Positions 11,101 to 23,339 of a DNA stretch of 64,000 bases are shown here, in pieces. Origin of the DNA: Felis catus (taxonomy: Eukaryota); assembly GCF_018350175.1 (NCBI RefSeq), contig NC_058368.1, forward strand, positions 168,642,001 to 168,706,000. Direction: 5' to 3'. The notes under the pieces were generated by a model that was not told where the DNA came from, searched no databases, and saw only the letters and a program-made list of their open reading frames with translations. Every line of letters starts with the position of its first letter. The stretch's first letter is position 1. A program made the translations under genes and the position numbers.

Positions 11101-13852
11101 GGAGGCTGCCTACTATCTACCTTTCAGAGTTCTTCTTTGGTAGTCTCTTGTGTTATTTCTAGTGTTTATACTTGTGTTTTGTCCAGTGGAACTGGGAAAA
11201 ATGATCTCTGCCATCTTATCTGTACCAGAAAGCTGGGTATTACTTTTAATTTTGGTTTCTTTGTTGTGTGAGCATGGAGGTGGTATGGAAACATTGGCTG
11301 GGGCTGAGTTTGGCCTTGTTGGGGGACCCGAGATATATGGTCTCTTAGGAAATTTCACTAATTATCCTGTACTCCTGGATTTAATTTCATCCACCAGTTT
11401 TTCACAAAGCCCTAGAAAATGGCAAGCCAAGGCTGCCCTCTCTGCATTTTCTAAGGTCCTGTCCTGGTACAGAGAGGCTTCTTTCTTTAGATATTTTCTT
11501 GAATTTTTCCTGGGTTGGCCTGCTTCTTTTCATGTTGGAGTATTCATTGTGTATTCTCAGGTTTCTGTTAACTCTTATTCCTTAGAATGTCTTCTGGAGA
11601 TTGGGGTAGTTTTGGGCACATTGCCATAGTATCTAGAACACCAGAATTTTCTCTTTTTTTCCTTTGAAACCATGCTGTGAAAGTTGTGGCATACAGTTGG
11701 TATTCCCTATTTGCTGATGATATGTTTAAATTTTTGTTTTTTCTTAAAAACAGTGTTTTGTTCTTTTAATTAGTTATTGGTGGTAGGAGCTTCTGAGGTA
11801 CTGCTTCACTAAACTGACATTACCCCCAAATTCCACTAATGACTTTTTTGCAGTTTTTCACATCTTCCTCTGCCTTTTGGTGTTGCAAATATCTTCTTTT
11901 TCATCCTGGCATCTGTTTCTCTGCCAAACCTCTTTTATTTGCTTACTTAATCTCTGCCCTTTGTTTGACCTCTCTTCCTCCTTTGTCCTTGACTCTGCTT
12001 TTCTGTTGATGTTCAGTCCATGTTCAGTCCATTCATGTTCAGTCCATGAATTTCATCTATCACCTTTAAGCAATTGACTCTCAAATTTGAATCTTTAGCC
12101 TTAATATTTTACCTAAGTCTTTATTTCCTGCTGAAATGAACATGTTCTCATTCTTCCTATTCTATTGGTATTGTCATCATATCTTATTAAAGCCTTGAAG
12201 TTGTCACTGAATCATCTGTGTCTCTTTTGTCCCCTAAATTTATTCACCACATCAAGGATCTTTCTTCTTAATTCTCACTGATATTGTCAATTATAGATTC
12301 TTGTTTTTCAAGTTATATATTGCTATGACTTATTAATTTGTCTTATGTTTCATTTTATTTTTTTCTCTCTTCAAGCTAATTTTATACCTAGCTTTCAGTT
12401 TAAAATCTATTACTATTTATTTCTCTTTTTATTGCCATCACATACAGATAGAAAAGTACATGAATCACAGGTGCTCAGCCTGATGAAATTTCACAGACTG
12501 AACATACTTTCATGTAATAACACCAACAAACTAGTACCTTAAAAAAGTCACATTTATGATCATGTTTTTTTGCTCTAAAAAACAATTAATTCAAGGAATT
12601 TGGTCCTTATTAGTTTCCTGAACAGTGGAATAGGAGATAAATTGACACTGCATCTCCCACTGCTTGCCACATATAGCTTGGTTTTGGAGACATTTTTTTC
12701 TTTACCTCACACTCCCTTTTTTGTCCCATACTGCTCCTACTTCTTGAAATACATTTCCCGTTTGACTTTTTATAATCTAAATTCTGGTCATTTTCCAGCC
12801 CTATCTCAAATCTTGCCATTTCTAGGAAACTTTGTGGGCTTTGTCCAGCCTTCATTACTTTCTAAATTTCTCTTCAAAAATTCTTTAATTAATTAATTAA
12901 TTTTTTGCATAGGCAATATCAATGTTTACTTAGTACAAAATTCAAATGTATAAAAGCGTATATAATGATAAGTCCTTCTCTCATTCCAGTGCCTCAGCCA
13001 CTATGTGTTCTTTAGGAAATATTTTTACGCTTAAAAGGAAAATTAATTTCTATCATTCTTCCTCCTTGTTATAGCATGTAAACACACCAAGTTCTTTATC
13101 TCAATTTTTTCAGTTAGTAGTTTTTAATGATAGGTCCAGAACAATACACAAAAGATTTTCTTAGTTTTTGTTAGGGCTCAATGATATTCCACTGTTGGAC
13201 ACTGAACAATTCACATAGACTATGATTTGAGTGGCACTCCCTAGAATTGTTATTATTATCAGATGCAGCAGCCTTGATTGTAATTAACCTAGTCAGTTCT
13301 TTTTGATGGATATTTCTGGTTTCTTTTGTTGTTATCTCAGCTATTGAAATGAATAGTCTAATATTAATGTCACTTGACATCTTTGGGAAAATTGTAGGAT
13401 ATCATTCCCTTAATTCCTAAAATATTTGTAATCTTTACCAACTTAACCGTTAGACATAGTCTTAATTTATTATGGAATTGTTTTTAAAATTTTTATCATT
13501 TGTCATTCCTTAAGAGAGGTACCATAAATAAAATTATTTTATATTCCTAGACCTAGAATACTGGTGTATATAAATAAGCCCTTAGGATGGTCTGGAGTCT
13601 TTCTCAGATAGCTGCCAGATTCTGTTTCCCTTTTTGTTCTTTTGAGCTCATTTTGAAGTTCCTGATAATGGAAGAAAAAAATAATATTAAAGTTTAGATC
13701 AGAGCTAGATGTATTTGGAAGTAGAAGTGATATTTATCCTAAGTTATGGGATAAAATGAACCACAATCCTAGATATAGTTAGAAAGGAAAATGTTTCACA
13801 TTTCTTTGGCCTCAAAAATGATTCCTTAATCTTTCATCGAAAACATGGGATA

Positions 13853-14382
13853 AATCCAAAATCTATAAATAACATATCAAACTCAACACCCAGAAACCAA
13901 ATAATCCAATTAAGAAATGTAGAGTAGATATGAATAGACATTGTCCCAAAGAAGACATACAGATGGCTAACAGATACATGGAAAGATGCTCAGCATAACT
14001 AATCAGGGAAGTACAAGTCAAAAGCATGATGAAATAGCACCTCACACCTGTCAGAGTGGCTAAAAGTAACAACACAGAAAACAGCAGATGTTGGTGAGAA
14101 TAAAGAGAAAGGGGAACCCTCTTACACTGTTGATGGGAATCTAAACTGGTTCAGTCACTCTGGAAAACAGTATGGAGGTTCCTTAAAAAGTTTAAAATAG
14201 AACTATCCTAAGACCCAGCAACTGCTTTACTAGATATTTACCCAGAGGATACAAAAATACTGATTCAAAGGGACACATGCACCCTGATGTTTATAGCAGC
14301 ATTGTCAACAATAGCCAAATTAGGGAAAGAGCCCAGATGTCCATTGACTGATGAATGGATAAGAAGATGTGGCATATATGTA

Positions 14383-14448
<66 letters not shown>

Positions 14449-14787
14449 GGAATATTACTCAGCCATCAAAAAGAATGAAATCTTGCCATTAATAACAGTG
14501 TAGATGGAGCTAGAATGTATTATGCTAAGCGAAATAAGTACATCAGAGAAAGATAGATACCATATGATTTCAATTATATGTAGAATTTAAGAAACAAAAC
14601 AAGATGAACATAGGGTAAGGGGAAAATAGAGGGGGATGCAAATCATAAGAGGCTGTTAACTATAGAGGATAAACTGGGTTGCCGGAGGGAAGGTGGGTAG
14701 AGGATGGGCTAAGTGAGTGATAGGCACTTGTGATGAACACTGGATATTATATATAAGTGATGAATCATAAAAGGGTATGTGTGTGTA

Positions 14788-14839
<52 letters not shown>

Positions 14840-14932
14840 TACATACATATATAGTGATGAATCACTAAATTCTATCCTAAAACCAATATACTATGTGTTA
14901 ACTAACTAGATTTTAAAAACTTAAAGAAAAAC
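13853..14932 (+). mobile_element. Carnivore L1 3' end, sense to FER, with internal (TG)n(TA)n and (TA)n
   Basis: [25 protein letters not shown] (14287 onward) followed by L1 3'UTR. Confidence 0.92.
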
Positions 14933-14934
14933 AA

Positions 14935-15049
14935 GGGCACCTGGCTGGCTCAGTCAGTAGAGGATGCAATTCTGGATATCAGGATTGTGAGATCCTATGT
15001 TGGGTGTAGATATTACTTTTTAAAAAAACAAAACAAAACAAAACAAAAC
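14935..15049 (+). mobile_element. Short old CAN-SINE in the L1 tail, with (AAAAC)n tail
   Basis: gggcacctggctggctcagtcagtagag head. Confidence 0.8.
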
Positions 15050-15173
15050 CATGAGATGAGGTAGAATGTATCTTCTACTGAGACTTAGATGAGCTGTAGG
15101 TAAAATGACAGAAAAATGTTCTTTTTGAATTTTTGTGTTCTGTGAAGATATAGTACATCAAAGTAAAAATTTT

Positions 15174-15387
15174 ATTTTATTTATTTATTTTTAATTTTAC
15201 TTATTGGAGAGAGAAAGAGGCAATGCAAGTGGGGGAAGGGCAGAGAGAGGGAGAGAGAATCGTAAGCAGGCTCCATGCTACTAGCACAGAACCTGACACA
15301 GGGCTCGAACCCACAAAACCGCAAAATCATGACCTGAGAAGAAACCAAGAGTCAGACACTCAATCGACTGAGTTACCCAGGTGCTCT
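15174..15387 (-). mobile_element. CAN-SINE
   Basis: TSD tcaaagtaaa(a/c)atttt at 15158-15173 and 15388-15403. Confidence 0.93.
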
Positions 15388-15465
15388 TCAAAGTAAACAT
15401 TTTAAAGCAACTATATCCAAAGTGAAAAAACTGGAATTATGCTACTCCATATTAAAGTGAATAAC

Positions 15466-15689
15466 GGGGCGCCTGGGTGGCGTGTCGGTTAAGCGTCTGA
15501 CTTCAGCCAGGTCACGATCTCGCGGTCCGTGAGTTCGAGCCCCGCGTCAGGCTCTGGGCTGATGGCTCAGAGCCTGGAGCCTGTTTCCGATTCTGTGTCT
15601 CCTTCTCTCTCTGCCCCTCCCCCGTTCATGCTCTGTCTCTCTCTGTCCCAAAAATAAATAAACGTTGAAAAAATAAATAAATAAAAAAA
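15466..15689 (+). mobile_element. Young felid CAN-SINE (SINEC_Fc)
   Basis: CpG-rich and close to consensus. Perfect TSD AAAGTGAATAA at 15454-15464 and 15690-15700. Confidence 0.97.
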
Positions 15690-15888
15690 AAAGTGAATAA
15701 GTCAATTACTTTGTATTGACTTAATTATGTTAAGATCCATTTTGCCTTCTGGTTGCTGCTTTGGGAACTGATGAAGCACAGTTTTCCACAACCTTTTTCT
15801 CCCCTCTGCTTATTTGATCATAAAACTGGACAGTTTTCAGTTGGAGAAAAATCGTAATTTGTTCTCTATATGGAAAACCTACATTTTT

Positions 15889-18800
15889 TTTTCTTTTTAC
15901 TTTCTTTTTTTTAAAAAAATGTTTACTTATTTTTTTATATGAAGTTTATTGACAAATTGGTTTCCATACAACACCCAGTGCTCATCCCAAAAGGTGCCCT
16001 CCTCAATACCCATCACCCACCCTCTCCCCCCTCCCACCCCCCATCAACCCTCAGTTTGTTCTCAGTTTTTAACAGTCTCTTATGCTTTGGCTCTCTCCCA
16101 CTCTAACCTGTTTTTTTTTTTTTCCTTCCCCTCCCCCATGGGTTCCTGTTAAGTTTCTCAGGATCCACATAAGAGTGAAACCATATGGTATCTGTCTTTC
16201 TCTGTATGGCTTATTTCACTTAGCATCACACTCTCCAGTTCCATCCACGTTGCTACAAAAGGCCATATTTCATTTTTTCTCATTGCCACGTAATATTCCA
16301 TTGTGTATATAAACCACAATTTCTTTATCCATTCATCAGTTGATGGACATTTAGGCTCTTTCCATAATTTGGCTATTGTTGAGAGTGCTGCTATGAACAT
16401 TGGGGTACAAGTGGCCCTATGCATCAGTACTCCTGTATCCCTTGGATAAATTCCTAGCAGTGCTATTGCTGGGTCATAGGGTAGGTCTATTTTTAATTTT
16501 CTGAGGAACCTCCACACTGCTTTCCAGAGCGGCTGCACCAATTTGCATTCCCACCAACAGTGCAAGAGGGTTCCCGTTTCTCCACATCCTCTCCAGCATC
16601 TATAGTCTCCTGATTTGTTCATTTTGGCCACTCTGACTGGCGTGAGGTGATACCTGAGTGTGGTTTTGATTTGTATTTCCCTGATAAGGAGCGACGCTGA
16701 ACATCTTTTCGTGTGCCTGTTGGCCATCCGGATGTCTTCTTTAGAGAAGTGTCTATTCATGTTTTCTGCCCATTTCTTCACTGGGTTATTTGTTTTTCGG
16801 GTGTGGAGTTTGGTGAGCTCTTTATAGATTTTGGATACTAGCCCTTTGTCTGAGATGTCATTTGCAAATATCTTTTCCCATTCCGTTGGTTGCCTTTTAG
16901 TTTTGTTGGTTGTTTCCTTTGCTGTGCAGAAGCTTTTTATCTTCATAAGGTCCCAGTAATTCACTTTTGCTTTTAATTCCCTTGCCTTTGGGGATGTGTC
17001 TAGTAAGAGATTGCTACGGCTGAGGTCAGAGAGGTCTTTTCCTTCTTTCTCCTCTAGGGTTTTGATGGTTTCCTGTCTCACATTCAGGTCCTGTATCCAT
17101 TTTGAGTTTATTTTTGTGAATGGTGTGAGAAAGTGGTCTAGTTTCAACCTTCTGCATGTTGCTGTCCAGTTCTCCCAGCACCATTTGTTAAAGAGGCTGT
17201 CTTTTTTCCATTGGATGTTCTTTCCTGCTTTGTCAAAGATGAGTTGGCCATATATTTGTGGGTCTAGTTCTGGGGTTTCTATTCTATTCCATTGGTCTAT
17301 GTGTCTGTTTTTGTGCCAATACCATGCTGTCTTGATGATGACAGCTTTGTAGTAGAGGCTAAAGTCTGGGATTGTGATGCCTCCTGCTTTGGTCTTCTTC
17401 TTCAAAATTACTTTGGCTATTCGGGGCCTTTTGTGGTTCCATATGAATTTTAGGATTGCTTGTTCTAGTTTTGAAAAGAATGCTGGTGCAATTTTGATTG
17501 GGATTGCATTGAATATGTAGATAGCTTTGGGTAGTATTGACATTTTGACAATATTTATTTTTCCAATCCATGAGCAGGGAATGTCTTTCCATTTCTTTAT
17601 ATCTTCTTCAATTACCTTCATAAGCTTTCTATAGTTTTCAGCATACAGATCCTTTATATCTTTGGTTAGATTTATTCCTAGGTATTTTATGCTTCTTGGT
17701 GCAATTGTGAATGGGATCAGTTTCTTTATTTGTCTTTCTGTTGCTTCATTGTTAGTGTATAAGAATGCAACTGATTTCTGTACATTGATTTTGTATCCTG
17801 CAACTTTGCTGAATTCCTGTATCAGTTCTAGCAGACTTTTGGTGGAGTCTATTGGATTTTCCATGTATAATATCATGTCATCTGCAAAAAGCGAAAGCTT
17901 GACTTCATCTTTGCCAATTTTGATGCCTTTGATTTCCTTTTGTTGTCTGATTGCTGATGCTAGAACTTCCAACACTATGTTAAACAGCAGCGGTGAGAGT
18001 GGGCATCCCTGTCGTGTTCCTGATCTCAGGGAAAAAGCTCTCAGTTTTTCCCCGTTGAGGATGATGTTAGCTGTGGGCTTTTCATAAATGGCTTTTATGA
18101 TCTTTAAGTATGTTCCTTCTATCCCGACTTTCTCAAGGGTTTTTATTAAGAAAGGGTGCTGGATTTTGTCTTTTCTGCATCGATTGACAGGATCATATGG
18201 TTCTTCTCTTTTTTTTTGTTAATGTGATGTATCACGTTGATTGATTTGCGAATGTGGAACCAGCCCTGCATCCCAGGAATGAATCCCACTTGATCATGGT
18301 GAATAATTCTTTTTATATGCCGTTGAATTCGATTTGCTAGTATCTTATTGAGAATTTTTGCATCCATATTCATCAGGGATATTGGCCTGTAGTTCTCTTT
18401 TTTGACTGGGTCTCTGTCTGGTTTAGGAATCAAAGTAATGCTGGCTTCATAGAATGAGTCTGGAAGTTTTCCTTCCCTTTCTATTTCTTGGAATAGCTTG
18501 AGAAGGATAGGTATTATCTCTGCTTTAAATGTCTGGTAGAACTCCCCTGGGAAGCCATCTGGTCCTGGACTCTTATTTGTTGGGAGATTTTTGATAACCG
18601 ATTCAATTTCTTCGCTGGTGATGGGTCTGTTCAAGCTTTCTATTTCCTCCTGATTGAGTTTTGGAAGTGTGTGGGTGTTCAGGAATTTGTCCATTTCTTC
18701 CAGGTTGTCCAATTTGTTGGCATATAATTTTTCATAGTATTCCCTGATAATTGTTTGTATCTCTGGGGGATTGGTTGTAATAATTCCATTTTCATTCATG

Positions 18801-19245
18801 ATTTTATCTATTTGGGTCATCTCCCTTTTCTTTTTGAGAAGCCTGGCTAGAGGTTTGTCAATTTTGTTTATTTTTTCAAAAAACCAACTCTTGGTTTTGT
18901 TGATCTGCTCTACAGTTTTTTTAGATTCTATATTGTTTATTTCTGCTCTGATCTTTATTATTTCTCTTCTTCTGCTGGGTTTGGGTTGTCTTTGCTGCTC
19001 TGCTTCTATTTCCTTTAGGTGTGCTGTTAGATTTTGTATTTGGGATTTTTCTTGTTTCTTGAGATAGGCCTGGATTGCAATGTATTTTCCTCTCAGGACT
19101 GCCTTCGCTGCGTCCCAAAGCGTTTGGGTTGTTGTATTTTCACTTTTGTTTGTTTCCATATATTTTTTAATTTCTTCTCTAATTGCCTGGTTGACCCATT
19201 CATTCGTTAGTAGGGTGTTCTTTAACCTCCATGCCTTTGAAGGTT
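15889..19245 (-). mobile_element. Young 5'-truncated felid L1 (L1_Fc-like), ~3.36 kb; ORF2 pseudogene with one frameshift
   Basis: ORFs 18146-19159 and 16158-17975 carry L1 ORF2 motifs ([36 protein letters not shown]). AATAAA on the minus strand at 15945-15950. Perfect TSD TGGAAAACCTACATTTTT at 15871-15888 and 19246-19263. Confidence 0.98.
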
Positions 19246-19574
19246 TGGAAAACCTACATTTTTATCATCTCTTTAGATGTTATCACTGAGGTTAGACACA
19301 TAAATCTGTTCTTATTTTTCTGTCTAACTTAGAGGATCTCAGCTGAATTAACAAGAAAGTGACTTCTGGTATGGATGAGCCAAAACTAAAAATAAGAGGT
19401 GTGTTTCTTCATTTCTTCTAACTGGCCCTAGACGATTCATTGCCTGAAGTTTTGTGAGTCTGGAGAGCAAAATAAATTCTATCATAGTTTTGGGGATTTA
19501 TAGCAAATAAGCAGGATATTTTGGGGAGGTTTCTGAGACCTGACCTTTAGATCATCACCAGTTATGCTGCAGTG

Positions 19575-21650
19575 ATTTTTAAAGCAAGTTTATTGAGATA
19601 TAACTCACATGCTGAAGAATTTACCCACTTAAAGTGTATCATTCAGTGGTTTTTATTCTGTTCACAGAGTTGTGCAACCATCACCACAATTAGTTTTAGA
19701 ACATTTTCATTGCCCCAGAATGAAAGCCAGTACCTGCTGGCAGTCACTCCTCATTTCTTCCCAAGTTTGCCAGCCCAGGCAACTATTAACTAATCTACCC
19801 GCTGTGTGGATTTTAGACTTTTCATATAAAGAGATCATACAGTATGTCAGTCTTTTGTGTCTGTGTTTCTTTTACTTAGCATAATGTTTACAAGGTTCAT
19901 CCATATTGTAGCTTTTATCATTACTTTGTTCCTTTTCATTGCTAGTAATATTTTGTTGTGTGTATATAATATGTTTTATCTGTTCATCAGTTGATAGATA
20001 TTTGGATTGTTTCCACATTGTAACTATTATGAATAATTCTGCCACAACATTCATGTGCAAGTTTTTGTCTGGGCATATGTTTTCATTCCTCTTGGGTATA
20101 TACCTAAAAGTGGAATTTCTGGATCATACGATAACTGTATGTTTAACTTTGGGGAACTGCCCCAGGTTACATTTCCACCAGCAGTGTATGAGGGTTCTAA
20201 TTTCTTCACAGTCTCCAACACTTGATATTATCTATCTTTTGGTTAAAGACATCCTAATGGTGTGGTGTGGTATCTCATTGTGGTTTTGATTGGTATTTTC
20301 CTAATGGCTAGTGATACTGAACATCTTTTCATCTGCTTATTGGACATTTAACTAGCAAAACTAGTTAAATCTTTTTTGGAAAAGTGTTTATGCAGATCCT
20401 TTGCCCATTTTTAATTTATTTAACTGTATTTTTATTGCTTAGTTTTAATAATTCTTTATATATTCCAGATAGAAGTCCCTTATCAGATAAGTATTTGCAA
20501 ATATTTTCTCCCATTCTGTGGTCTTTTCACTTTCTTAATGATGACCTTTGAAATACAGAAGTTTTAAATTTGATTAAATCCAATTTATGTATTTTAATTT
20601 TGTTGCTTTTTCTTACGGTGTCTCATATCTAAGAAACCGTTTCCTGAGCCAAGGTCACAAAGATTTACTACTGTGTTTTCTTTTGAGAATTTTATAGTTT
20701 TAGCTCTGATATTTAAGCCATCCCTTTAGAGTTAAATTTTTTGTGTATGGTCTAAGAAAAGAATTCTGCTTCATTCCTTTGCATGTGGAAATCCAGTTGT
20801 CCCACCACCATTAGTTGAAAGACTTTTTTCTGAATGAATACACTTGGCAGTCTTGTAGAAAATCATATAATCATAAATGTGATGATTCACATCTGGACCC
20901 TGTATTCTATTCCATTGATCTCTGTGTCTCTCCATATGCCAGGACCACGTTGTCCTGATTATTGTAGCTATTCAGTAAGTTTTGAAATTAGGAAGTATGA
21001 CTCTTCCAGCTTTGTTCTTCTACTTTAAGGTTTTTTTAAGATTATCTTTTCAATTTCTGTAAAAAAAAAAAGCTAGGTTATATGTTAATATGGATTAAGT
21101 TAAATATGTAGGTCAAATTGGAGAATATTGCTTTCTTAACAATATTAAGTCTTTTGGATCCATTAACATGAGTCTTTCCATTTATTTCCAACCTAAATAA
21201 TTGGAAATAATTATAAGGAATAAATTCCTTGATTTCTTTCAACAATATTTTGTAGTTTTAAGAGCACAAGTTTTAATATATTTTATAAAATTTATTCCTA
21301 TTTTATTCTTTTTAATGCTATGGTATATGGAATTGGTTTTTAATTTCATTTTTCAGATTGATCATTGCTAGTGTGTAGAAATACAGTTGATTTTTGTCTT
21401 TTGATCTTTACCCTGTAATCTTACTGAGGTCATTTATTAATTCTAAAACTTGTTTTTAATTGCATTTCTTTCTATATTCAATTTCACATCCTCTTCAAAT
21501 AAAGATAGTTTCACGTCTTTCTTTTCAATTTCCGTGGAAATCACTTCATGTATCTCATTGTACTGACTAGATCCTCCAATATGATGCTCAGTAGAAGTTG
21601 TGAGAGTGGACATCCTCATCTTGTTCCTGATATTTGGGTGAAAGCATTCA
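19575..21650 (-). mobile_element. Old L1MB-like LINE 3' portion, ending ~110 bp before the FER exon acceptor
   Basis: tttattgagatataactcacat 3' end and degenerate ORF2 translation (LFIIVTMWKQSKYLSTDEQI). Confidence 0.85.
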
Positions 21651-21759
21651 GTTGTAGTGATTTTTTTTTAAACTCTAAAAAGAATGGGCCATAACTTTGC
21701 CTTGAAAACAAATTTCCTTTTGATTTAAGAGGTGTTTTTTCTTCTGTTTACATACACAG

Positions 21760-21819
21760 ATATGTGCTGATTAGAAGGCTCACAGTACGGAGTGGAGGAT
21801 AAGACAGTGCCTTACAAAA
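21760..21819 (+). other. FER: 5'UTR part of the first coding FER exon, containing uORF ATG-TGC-TGA (21762-21770)
   Basis: Lies between the polypyrimidine/cAG acceptor ending at 21759 and the FER ATG at 21820. Confidence 0.8.
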
Positions 21820-22026
21820 ATGGGGTTTGGGAGTGACCTGAAGAATTCACATGAAGCTGTGTTAAAATTGCAAGACTGGGAATTACGATTACTGGAAACA
21901 GTGAAGAAATTTATGGCTCTGAGAATAAAAAGTGATAAAGAATATGCATCTACTTTACAGAACCTTTGTAATCAAGTTGATAAGGAAAGTACTGTTCAAA
22001 TGAATTATGTCAGCAATGTATCCAAG
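21820..22026 (+). CDS. FER: FER tyrosine kinase, first coding exon (aa 1-69, FCH/F-BAR start); exon probably begins at 21760 with 60 nt of 5'UTR
   Basis: Translates to [69 protein letters not shown], which matches the mammalian FER N-terminus as I recall it. Kozak context aaaATGG. Acceptor ttttcttctgtttacatacacAG|21760 and donor AAG|GTAAGA at 22026/22027. 207 nt, phase 0. Confidence 0.97.
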
Positions 22027-22130
22027 GTAAGAAGAATAATTTCATTACTTATTGTGTGTGGCATTATAATTGTGCTTAGGGCAAATAGATCATATTGTTG
22101 CATGAACATACCCAAGTTAGCATTCTAGGG

Positions 22131-22225
22131 CAGTGGTTCTAAAATCTTGCTGATTATCAGAATCTCACGGGGGAAAATTTCAAAAATTATAAATTTTGGA
22201 CCCTACTGCCTGAATCTGAGATGGT
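22131..22225. mobile_element. MER5-like hAT-Charlie fragment
   Basis: cagtggttct terminus and tcagaatc motifs. Confidence 0.4.
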
Positions 22226-22884
22226 AGATGTGAAATTTTTGAATTTTGAAATAAAAAAAAGTAGATGTCTAACTTATTGTAATGATTTAGCTGGGTTTGA
22301 CAACCGTTTTTTACAAATTTTGTTTTCTTTATTACCCTTCTTCCTTGGGTCTCTTGAGACCTGCTATTTTCTTTTGACACAAACTTCCATTATAACCCAC
22401 CTTCCCTAATTTCTTCTGTGAATCGTTAATGTAGTGAATCACATGGAATATTTTAACATGTAGCTGTTCTTTGCTGTCATTCGTTACTAAAATACTTGTA
22501 TACTGATGAGTTAATCACACTCAAAAGGTCTTTGGATAAGCAGTATGTTTTTTTATCTCTAAGATTATAAAAATATAATATAAAATTTAAAATTAAGAGC
22601 CATAAAAATAAAGACCAAAATTGCACCATTGATTGTTCGTTGAAGGTATTAAAGGTGAAATATTACACACCTTAATAATTTTTCCTCTTCTTTTCTTCTG
22701 AATTGGGGGAAGAACGGTTGCATGTTTGTGAGGGCTGAGCAATACAAATGGGAGTTCTGTCTGGTCCTTAAAGACTTTGAATCAATCCTCTGTTTCAGTA
22801 TCATCTCCTCTTCTTTCATATAGGTTTCTCCAGTTCGTGAGCTTCACTGGAGTTCTAGATCTGACCCTATAAATTGGCCATTTC

Positions 22885-23172
22885 TTTTTTTTTAATTGAG
22901 AAAAAATTGATATCCTAAGGTATACAGCTTGACGTTTTGATTCACATATATCGTGAAATGATTACCACCATAGGTTTAGTTAACATCCATCATCTCATAT
23001 AGACACAATAAAAAGAAAAGAAAAAAAAATCCCTTTTGTGATGAGAACTCTTAGGATCTATTCTCTTAATAACTTTCCTATATATCATAGAGCAATGTTA
23101 ATTATAGCCACCATGTTGGACATTACACACCTAGTCCTTACTACCTTATAACTATAAATTGTATCTTTTGAA
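22885..23172 (-). mobile_element. L1MA-like 3'UTR end
   Basis: tttaattgaga...gtgaaatgattaccac...gtgatgagaactcttaggatcta motifs. Confidence 0.75.
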
Positions 23173-23339
23173 AATATGCCTCTTGTGTTCTATTCCTTTG
23201 TTTCTTCATACCTGCCCAAATCCAGCTCTTCCTTTTGTCCCACACCTGTGCTTTAGGGTGGAGGAATTGGAGAGGAGAAAACAGAGACTGAGTAGCTGAG
23301 CCATTTCCATGTTGAAAATGAACAAGTCATAAATAAATG

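Larger units (their letters stand above)
7200..11250 (-). mobile_element. Old L1M-class LINE relic (3'UTR, ORF2 end, 5' region), interrupted by SINEs and a younger L1
   Basis: Degenerate ORF2 C-terminal translation (HTKTCTQML...FIIATNWNQP, 7677-7862) and typical antisense L1 T-rich sequence. Boundaries approximate. Confidence 0.7.

Noticed and set aside
11150..11629. 159-aa hydrophobic ORF resembling a membrane protein
   Set aside because: It has a non-ATG start, partly overlaps old L1 5' sequence, shows no recognisable domain, and T-rich DNA readily gives hydrophobic ORFs.
12009..12045. Three copies of atgttcagtcc, and the 15-bp tandem duplication at 27171-27200
   Set aside because: Ordinary slippage micro-duplications with no sign of function.
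16158..19159. 605-aa and 337-aa ORFs as a host gene or active reverse transcriptase
   Set aside because: They are two frames of one 5'-truncated, frameshifted L1 ORF2 with no promoter or ORF1.
22027..22128. Extension of the 102-aa ORF (VRRIISLL...)
   Set aside because: It is read-through past a strong GTAAGA donor into the intron. The same applies to the [10 protein letters not shown] tail of ORF 41877-42071.
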